Assembly: GCA_964421955.1 (NCBI GenBank)
Contig: CAYQYU010000019.1
Coordinates: 1-11,795, forward strand
Direction: 5' to 3'
DNA length: 11,795 bases
Origin: an uncultured archaeon
GTDB lineage: Archaea > Nanohalarchaeota > Nanosalinia > Nanosalinales > Nanosalinaceae
A program made the position numbers and the translations under genes. Numbering within the stretch: position 1 is the first letter of the stretch; every line of letters begins with the position of its first letter. The notes under the pieces were generated by a model. The model did no database searches and was not told where the DNA came from. It was given only the letters and a program-made list of their open reading frames with translations. This document shows, piece after piece, positions 6,134 to 11,795 of the stretch.

Positions 6134-6949
6134 TTAGTCCTTTGTACCCCAGTCAAACTTGTTGCGGCGCCCATCTTGTCCCTTGGGAAGAGTATTAGTC
6201 TTGATATAGTGTGATGCTATGAGAGCCGACTCCACATCTTTCAGGTTGGAATCCAGAGCCGCCACTGAGAACCTGGCCGAAGATCCAAACTTTTTCTCAT
6301 GCTTCAACAGCCTGTTCGCAACGTTGGTGCTCTTGCCGATGTAGGCCAGAGGGGGCGCAAAATAGGGGAACCATATCCTGTAGACAACGCGGGAGTCATC
6401 GATCTCGCTCCGCTGATCCAATCTACGGGGCCCGGTCCAGTCAAGCCCCATCCATTCCTTTGAGGTGATCTCTTGAGCACCCCAGTCCAAGTCTTCCAGA
6501 ACCGCCTCGGTTCCCGGATCACTTGAGAGCTGCCTGTCCAGGTTGACAGTCGGGCTTCTACCAGTCTGCCGGATGTGTGTCGCAAGCATCACGTTCTCAA
6601 GTCCTATCCGGTCAATTTCCGAGCGAGCGATGTTCGGGTTGGCGTACGAGAACTCGAACCTGCCCCCGGAATCGCCGAGCTCCCAGAGATGGCTGGTTGA
6701 ACCGCCGCTTCCCGGTTTCTCGTCTGCGTTCAGATCGTTCGCGAAATGGACTATTCTCTCCTTAAGCTTCCTTCCTGTCTGTCCGACGTACTCAAGACCC
6801 GGACGGGAGGTCTGCTTTATACGGAAGAAGCCAGGTGTCTCCGGGACCTGTGAAATTCTGTTCGATCCTGGGTTGAGTATCGCCCAGTCCGACCAGTCGA
6901 ATCCCAGCCAGGAGCTGCTTTCGACATCTTCCTCATTGACAGGTCGCAT
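6134..6949 (-). CDS. GIY-YIG nuclease family protein with two tandem domains
   Basis: Domain 1: 'PGFFRIK...LEYVGQT...LKERI...GLE'. Domain 2: 'VVYRIW...LAYIGKS...VANRLLKH...DVE'. Each is preceded by W(L/M)G(F/L)DW(S/T). Confidence 0.82.
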   Translation of the reverse strand: MRPVNEEDVESSSWLGFDWSDWAILNPGSNRISQVPETPGFFRIKQTSRPGLEYVGQTGRKLKERIVHFANDLNADEKPGSGGSTSHLWELGDSGGRFEFSYANPNIARSEIDRIGLENVMLATHIRQTGRSPTVNLDRQLSSDPGTEAVLEDLDWGAQEITSKEWMGLDWTGPRRLDQRSEIDDSRVVYRIWFPYFAPPLAYIGKSTNVANRLLKHEKKFGSSARFSVAALDSNLKDVESALIASHYIKTNTLPKGQDGRRNKFDWGTKD

Positions 6950-6987
6950 CCAGGGATTATTTGGTTATACAGGGTTAAAAATAGCAG

Positions 6988-8346
6988 CTAGAGTTGCCTG
7001 AAGGCGCGCTGGACTACCTCGTTCAGGGCAGGATGTATATGAACCGTGTCCTTGATGTCTTCAACCATTCCGGAGCCCGCTCTCATGGCGACGAGCACCT
7101 CGTGGATGATGCTGGAGGCTTCCGGACCTACTATGTGGCACCCCAGTACCTCACCTTCTCCCGATGCCAGAACCTTCACGAAGCCTTCCTCCTCCTTGAG
7201 CGCCAGGCCCATGCCCGTACTCGAATAGTCATAGCTCGCCTTCACGTATTCTTCGCCCTCTTCCTCCAGTTCTTGCTCGGTCTTCCCAACTCCAGATACC
7301 TGTGGAGAGGAAAAGATGGCGTGCGGCATCGCCCTGTACTCGAGCGGATCTTGGTTGCCGGAAACGATGTTCCTGAAAACATGCTTTGCCTCGAGATTCG
7401 CAGAGTGCTTGAACATCCAGTTGTCAGCGATATCTCCCAGAGCGTAGACCCCGTTAACCGAAGTCTCCATGTATTCATTGGTCTCGATGAAACCGCGGTC
7501 ATCGGTCTTAATACCCGCCTCCTCGACCTTTAGACTGTCAGTGTTCGGGACTCTTCCCGCAGCAACAAGCAGTTCATCGCCCGAGAACGAGTGTCTGTTG
7601 CCTTCTTCGTCCTCAGCGACCACATTTATCTTTCCCTGCGCTTCCTCAACTTTCGAGGCCTTTAACCCGAGATTTACGTCCCATTTTTCCCTGGCGAGTT
7701 CGGTAAATTTCTCCGCGACCTCCAGATCCTCCCTGCCTACCAGCGATTCCTGCATCTCGATTATAGTTATATCAGTTCCGAGCGCCCCGTAGAAGTGGGC
7801 AAGTTCCACAGCGATGTATCCGCCACCGACTATTACCATCTCGTCCGGCAGTTCCTCTAGCTCCAGGGCTTCCTTGCTCGTGAGGTAGCCAACCTCGTCG
7901 AGACCTTCAACTGGAGGTATTAATGGCCGGGAGCCCGCGGCCACGACAATATTGTCGGCGGTTATTTCTTCACCCTCAACCTCCAGGATTTTCTCATCGA
8001 CGAACTCGGCCTCGGTCTTGAACAGGGTATGGTTTTCCGAGTTCTCTATACCGCGCTCGATCGACTCCGCATCCTCAGAAACAGTCCTGTTGACCTCTTC
8101 AACTATTGCATGGAAATCAACATTTTGAACCTCAGATTTGATATGAAACTTCTCCGAGCTCTCAACGGTATCTAAAATATCCGCGTGGTGTATAAGCATC
8201 TTCGAAGGTATACATCCCCTGTTGAGGCACGTACCACCCATCGGGCCAGGCTCGATCACCGCCACATTTTTCCCGCGGGAGGCAAATCCTGATGCAACGT
8301 CGAGACCCGAACCCGCGCCTATTACGATTAAATCAAACTCTTCCAT
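6988..8346 (-). CDS. Class-I pyridine nucleotide-disulfide oxidoreductase (dihydrolipoyl dehydrogenase / mycothione-reductase-like)
   Basis: FAD motif GAGSG, redox disulfide GGTCLNRGCIPSK, NAD motif GGGYIAVE and C-terminal HIHPALNE. Confidence 0.93.
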   Translation of the reverse strand: MEEFDLIVIGAGSGLDVASGFASRGKNVAVIEPGPMGGTCLNRGCIPSKMLIHHADILDTVESSEKFHIKSEVQNVDFHAIVEEVNRTVSEDAESIERGIENSENHTLFKTEAEFVDEKILEVEGEEITADNIVVAAGSRPLIPPVEGLDEVGYLTSKEALELEELPDEMVIVGGGYIAVELAHFYGALGTDITIIEMQESLVGREDLEVAEKFTELAREKWDVNLGLKASKVEEAQGKINVVAEDEEGNRHSFSGDELLVAAGRVPNTDSLKVEEAGIKTDDRGFIETNEYMETSVNGVYALGDIADNWMFKHSANLEAKHVFRNIVSGNQDPLEYRAMPHAIFSSPQVSGVGKTEQELEEEGEEYVKASYDYSSTGMGLALKEEEGFVKVLASGEGEVLGCHIVGPEASSIIHEVLVAMRAGSGMVEDIKDTVHIHPALNEVVQRAFRQL

Positions 8347-8428
8347 TACAGCCGAATTTACCGTGGAACTTGAAAAAGACTGTAGCCTGCCAGATAATTT
8401 TATTAATTAACAGTGGTAACAAAAAAGC

Positions 8429-9124
8429 ATGGCGGTTGCAGCAGAACCCGATGGTGGAGACGAAGATACCGAGGGAGAACCGGAGCCAGAGCAGATAACA
8501 GAAGAAGTAGAGCCGGAAGAAGCTGAAACCGGTGAAGAAGAGGGAGACCCCGGATACCTTGAATACGGCGGAGCTCCTGAAGACCTCGCAGAAATAGTAA
8601 CGGAGGCAAACGATCTCATAAATGTCGAAGGCTCCCAGAAGAAAGAATACAGCATCAGAGGAGGCATAGTTGGGCTAGGTGCCGGCATTCTAGGATCATT
8701 CTTCGCACCCTTTGCCGCGCCAGTAATCGCCGGAGGGGCACTCACTGGCGCACTGGGCACTGGAACAGCCTGGGGTTACCGGGCACGAAAAGAAAGACGA
8801 ATAAGGAAGAACGCTGAAAAGTACACTGTTCTCGGGGGAGACGAGCTGGGAGAACTGATGGATGAAGCCTACGATCTGGCCAAGTGGAATGATGAAGAGT
8901 ATGAATGGCTGGAAGTAGAAGGTTTCGATGCTGGCTCGATACAGCTCTACCGGTCGCTCGGCTCCTGCAGGGACAACGACAGGTTCGAACTTTCGACAAT
9001 CGGCGGCGCAGGAGTTTCAACCTACCGCGGAAAACTGGACTCAAATGCGTCGGAGTACGAGGGAGGAGAAACACTCGCCTCCGATGAGGAAACGCTTGAA
9101 CAGGCAGCAGAGATTCTTAGTTGA
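8429..9124 (+). CDS. Hypothetical membrane protein with Gly-rich hydrophobic hairpin
   Basis: Acidic N-terminus, then 'GGIVGLGAGILGSFFAPFAAPVIAGGALTGALGTG' and the basic stretch RARKERRIRK. TATA-like TTTATTAA upstream. Confidence 0.8.
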   Translation: MAVAAEPDGGDEDTEGEPEPEQITEEVEPEEAETGEEEGDPGYLEYGGAPEDLAEIVTEANDLINVEGSQKKEYSIRGGIVGLGAGILGSFFAPFAAPVIAGGALTGALGTGTAWGYRARKERRIRKNAEKYTVLGGDELGELMDEAYDLAKWNDEEYEWLEVEGFDAGSIQLYRSLGSCRDNDRFELSTIGGAGVSTYRGKLDSNASEYEGGETLASDEETLEQAAEILS

Positions 9125-9162
9125 CCGACAGCTTTAACTGGGATATTCACAAAATGCTCCTC

Positions 9163-9606
9163 ATGAGAGCTGGATTGATAGCTGTTCTGCTGATCGCGGT
9201 CCTGTCATCAGGATGTGTAAGCATGTCCTCGGAGGATACAGACACAACACCCGATGAAATGCCGGAAACACAGCCTGATACAGACAACAACGGCCGGCAG
9301 ACCCAGAACAACACTGTATTCTACACTGATTCCGGCTTCCAGCCCCAGACAATCGAGATAGAACAGGGCGAGACAGTTACGTGGCTCGACCGCTCCAGCA
9401 ACCCCATGTGGGTGGCGTCGAACAGGCACCCCTCACATACCCAGTACGATGGAAACTCCCTGAGCCAGCACTGCGGATCCGGGGAAGAACCATTCGACCA
9501 GTGTGAACCTGGGGAAGTGTTCAGCTTTACGTTCGAGAAACAGGGGACCTGGCAGTACCATAACCACAAGGCCGCGGGCGACCAGGGAACCGTCGTCGTA
9601 AACTAG
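9163..9606 (+). CDS. Cupredoxin-fold (plastocyanin/azurin-like) lipoprotein
   Basis: Lipobox-like AVLSSGC, 'GFQPQTIEIEQGETVTW' and 'FSFTFEKQGTWQYHNH...GTVVV'. Start is ATG 9163 or 9154. TTTAA at 9133 favours 9163. Confidence 0.85.
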   Translation: MRAGLIAVLLIAVLSSGCVSMSSEDTDTTPDEMPETQPDTDNNGRQTQNNTVFYTDSGFQPQTIEIEQGETVTWLDRSSNPMWVASNRHPSHTQYDGNSLSQHCGSGEEPFDQCEPGEVFSFTFEKQGTWQYHNHKAAGDQGTVVVN

Positions 9607-10667
9607 AACAGATTCCTCAGCTTGAGTCCTAACTGTTTCTCCCTGAGGAGGAACCAGTATCTCATCCGGATAAGATCCTTTAAGTACCGGAAAAACCTGC
9701 TCTCATAAGTTCTATCGCCGTAGATGAACATTCCTGTGCTGCCAAGGGACACCACCAGAGGGTTTGTCCCTTCAACATAGGGTTTCAGTGTCTCGCTGTC
9801 GGCCCTGTCAAGGTTCTCTGCGAGAATATCCGCCTGCTCCATCGCGTTGTGCGCGGTCTTCAGGCAACCGGTGTCCGCGCTGTCGCCCGCTGCAAAAACT
9901 TCGGCATTTTCGGAGTCCGATAGCCCAGGGTTGACATCGATACCTGCAGGACCACAGTCGAAACTTTTCTGCACGAGATCGGGAGCCTTTACGCCACCGG
10001 CCCAGAGAACCAGGTCCGCCTCCAGCGTATCACCGCTTTCAAGTTCGACGCCTCCTCCATTAACTTGAGTCACACTAGAGCCACCGCGGAAGCTAATATC
10101 TTTCTCGTCAAAGTAGTCCAGAACTATATGCGAACTCTTCTCGTTCGAGTTGGGCATCGGTCTAGTGGACTGGTCAACTACTGTCACATCCAGACCTCTT
10201 TCCGCGAGCTCTCCTGCCACCTCGACTCCAACGTAACCAGAGCCAACTATGAGAACGGTTTCAGAGCCCTCAATCTGTTCCGTTACCTCTTTCGCGCCTC
10301 CAAAGCCGTAGGGAAGGTAGGCATCAGAAACATCGATCCCAAATGTCCGGGGATCTCCCCCAAGCGTAACGACAAGGTAGTCGTAGACGTGGAGATCCTC
10401 ATCGGTCGAAACAGTTTTTCTCTCGGTATCAATTCCATCGATAGTCTCGTTGCAGAACTCGACTCCCGTACCCTCGAAAAAACCTTCCAGATCTAATTTC
10501 AGACGGTTCTCGGACACCCTTTCCCTGAAGAAATTAATCAGTCCAGGAGTGTACTCGTGATCACAATTTTTGTCGATCAACCTGACTTCGTATCCCCGCG
10601 ATGCCAGTTCCAGCGCAGTATTGACGCCTGCAAAGCCTGCGCCCGCAACAACCACTTCTTCCGCCAT
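9603..10667 (-). CDS. NAD(P)/FAD-dependent oxidoreductase (NDH-2/SQR/AIF-like family)
   Basis: Two Rossmann motifs (GAGFAG; GSGYVGVEVAGE), 'LWAGG', 'VFAAGD' and 'TAHNAMEQA'. Start set at ATG 10667. Confidence 0.9.
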   Translation of the reverse strand: MAEEVVVAGAGFAGVNTALELASRGYEVRLIDKNCDHEYTPGLINFFRERVSENRLKLDLEGFFEGTGVEFCNETIDGIDTERKTVSTDEDLHVYDYLVVTLGGDPRTFGIDVSDAYLPYGFGGAKEVTEQIEGSETVLIVGSGYVGVEVAGELAERGLDVTVVDQSTRPMPNSNEKSSHIVLDYFDEKDISFRGGSSVTQVNGGGVELESGDTLEADLVLWAGGVKAPDLVQKSFDCGPAGIDVNPGLSDSENAEVFAAGDSADTGCLKTAHNAMEQADILAENLDRADSETLKPYVEGTNPLVVSLGSTGMFIYGDRTYESRFFRYLKDLIRMRYWFLLREKQLGLKLRNLF

Positions 10668-10735
10668 CAGCACAAAATCTGGAGCGCTACCTTAAAAATC
10701 TCTCCGAAACCGATTCCTGTCCAGAATCGACAGCG

Positions 10736-10750
10736 TTTATAATTGTTACA
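10736..10750 (+). promoter_or_regulatory. tRNA-Pro promoter: TATA box plus TGTTACA motif
   Basis: TTTATAA at 10736-10742 and TGTTACA at 10744-10750. Confidence 0.62.
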
Positions 10751-10834
10751 AGCAGACGAAATAATACCAGCTATTCTCGACCTACGGTCGAGCACCGTCG
10801 AAGACTGTGATGGTGATCAAACTTCCAGAAGTTT

Positions 10835-10907
10835 GGCGGGATGGTGTAGTGGACTATCATCGGGCGTTTGGGACGCCTGGACCCCGGTTCAAATCCGGGT
10901 CCTGCCA
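10835..10907 (+). tRNA. tRNA-Pro(TGG)
   Basis: Acceptor GGCGGGA/TCCTGCC, anticodon arm GGGCG-TT-TGG-GA-CGCCT, T arm CCCGG-TTCAAAT-CCGGG and discriminator A. Confidence 0.96.
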
Positions 10908-10916
10908 ATTGCATAT
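10895..10916 (+). repeat. 22-bp direct repeat, copy 1 (attL-like; tRNA-Pro 3' end plus 9 nt)
   Basis: CCGGGTCCTGCCAATTGCATAT, identical to 11771-11792. Confidence 0.95.
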
Positions 10917-10999
10917 CTCCAGATTTTAGAGAAATCCCGAAACTGCCAATGGAAATTTCTTGAGTTAATTTGTTTAAAATTCGACTCGAAATTTGAATT

Positions 11000-11758
11000 A
11001 TGGTTGCGAGAAAAGAATTAGTTTCGTGGTTGAACAACGAACTAAATGCAGAACATTTTAATGAGATTGAAGATGCAGACTTCAACGGTGCAATGGTGAA
11101 GGCATCAGATGAAATAGATAAAATTGGTTTATGCACCAATACGACTTTTGAGAATATTGAATCGGCTTCCGAACTTGAATGTGACCTGGTAATATCTCAT
11201 CATGGGGGATGGAAGAGATTTGATATGGATTTGTTTGAAGACAAGAAACAGAAAATGAAGAATAGTAACTTGACCTGGTATATAGCTCACCAGACCCTTG
11301 ACTGTGCGGACGAATACGGCGTATGTGTAGCTCTGGCAAATAAACTTGGTATAGAAGTAGATGGAGAATATTGTGAACTCCAAGGAGGTCCGCACGGAAG
11401 ATACGGACATTTAGAAGTCTCAAAGAAAGAATTCATGGAAAAGCTGGAAGAAATAGAACCGGATTATGATGTAGTTGGAGAAATAGGAGATATAGAGAAC
11501 CAAAAAATAGGTATAGTAGGCGGAGGCGGCGGAGCATTCGGCGAAATAGTGAAAGAAACAACAGAAATTGGATGTGAGGTATTCATCACAGGAAACACCA
11601 TGTTTGCCAACGAAATCTACGCATATGAAAAAGGATTGACAATGATAGTTCTCGAAGAGACATCAAGCGAGAAATGGGGAGTCTATGCCTTGGGGGACAA
11701 ACTGGAAGAAGAATTCCCAGAAATTGAGACTCACAGAATCAAAGAAATAAACTGGTAA
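11000..11758 (+). CDS. Nif3/YbgI (DUF34) dinuclear metal-centre family protein, divergent
   Basis: 'NG..V', 'DLVISHHG', 'YIAHQTLD', 'IGIVGGGGG', 'FITG' and 'TSSEKWGV' match the Nif3 pattern. TTTAAAA at 10973-10979 suggests a leaderless start. Confidence 0.9.
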   Translation: MVARKELVSWLNNELNAEHFNEIEDADFNGAMVKASDEIDKIGLCTNTTFENIESASELECDLVISHHGGWKRFDMDLFEDKKQKMKNSNLTWYIAHQTLDCADEYGVCVALANKLGIEVDGEYCELQGGPHGRYGHLEVSKKEFMEKLEEIEPDYDVVGEIGDIENQKIGIVGGGGGAFGEIVKETTEIGCEVFITGNTMFANEIYAYEKGLTMIVLEETSSEKWGVYALGDKLEEEFPEIETHRIKEINW

Positions 11759-11770
11759 ACCCAAGATAGG

Positions 11771-11792
11771 CCGGGTCCTGCCAATTGCATAT
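11771..11792 (+). repeat. 22-bp direct repeat, copy 2 (attR-like)
   Basis: CCGGGTCCTGCCAATTGCATAT, 12 nt after the nif3 stop codon. Confidence 0.95.
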
Positions 11793-11795
11793 ACC

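Larger units (their letters stand above)
10895..11792. mobile_element. Minimal tRNA-Pro-integrated islet or cassette carrying one Nif3 gene
   Basis: Bounded by the exact 22-bp repeats. It is AT-rich (19/60 GC at 11221-11280 versus 35/60 at 7081-7140) and has no integrase inside. Confidence 0.75.

Noticed and set aside
6994-7792. Antisense and alternative-frame ORFs in the track (also 82-381, 1247-1684, 4966-5337, 5342-5551, 8407-8760, 10065-10496, 10743-11139)
   Set aside because: They are shadows of well-supported genes or tRNAs, with non-acidic composition and no motifs.
10711-10729. CGATTC-N7-GAATCG inverted repeat between divergent promoters
   Set aside because: The arms are only 6 bp and it occurs once. 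It is a possible operator but cannot be supported from this window.
1-11795. CRISPR array, IS element or integrase
   Set aside because: No regularly spaced repeats, transposase motifs or tyrosine/serine recombinase motifs were seen.

Overview
Archaeal chromosome segment with a strongly acidic proteome, TATA-type promoters and many apparently leaderless genes. The compact layout and moderate GC fit a Nanohaloarchaeota/DPANN halophile (inference). It contains a glutaredoxin/GST-N protein, a Nudix hydrolase, the oapABC/arvABC small-GTPase operon plus a small membrane protein, an amphi-Trp-like protein, two Ser-rich disordered paralogs, a possible degenerate ThiI remnant and a Zn-ribbon protein. 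These are followed by an intron-containing tRNA-Thr(TGT), a secreted protein, a tandem GIY-YIG nuclease, a flavin disulfide reductase, a membrane protein, a cupredoxin-like lipoprotein, an NDH-2/SQR-type oxidoreductase and tRNA-Pro(TGG). The most notable observations are four. First, an 876-bp, AT-rich, integrase-free single-gene (Nif3) unit is bounded by an exact 22-bp duplication of the tRNA-Pro 3' end. Second, both tRNA genes share a promoter motif and a multi-hairpin 5' leader that abuts the mature 5' end. Third, two downstream operon genes probably start at ATA/ATC codons in near-identical contexts. Fourth, the 69-nt tRNA intron is highly structured.
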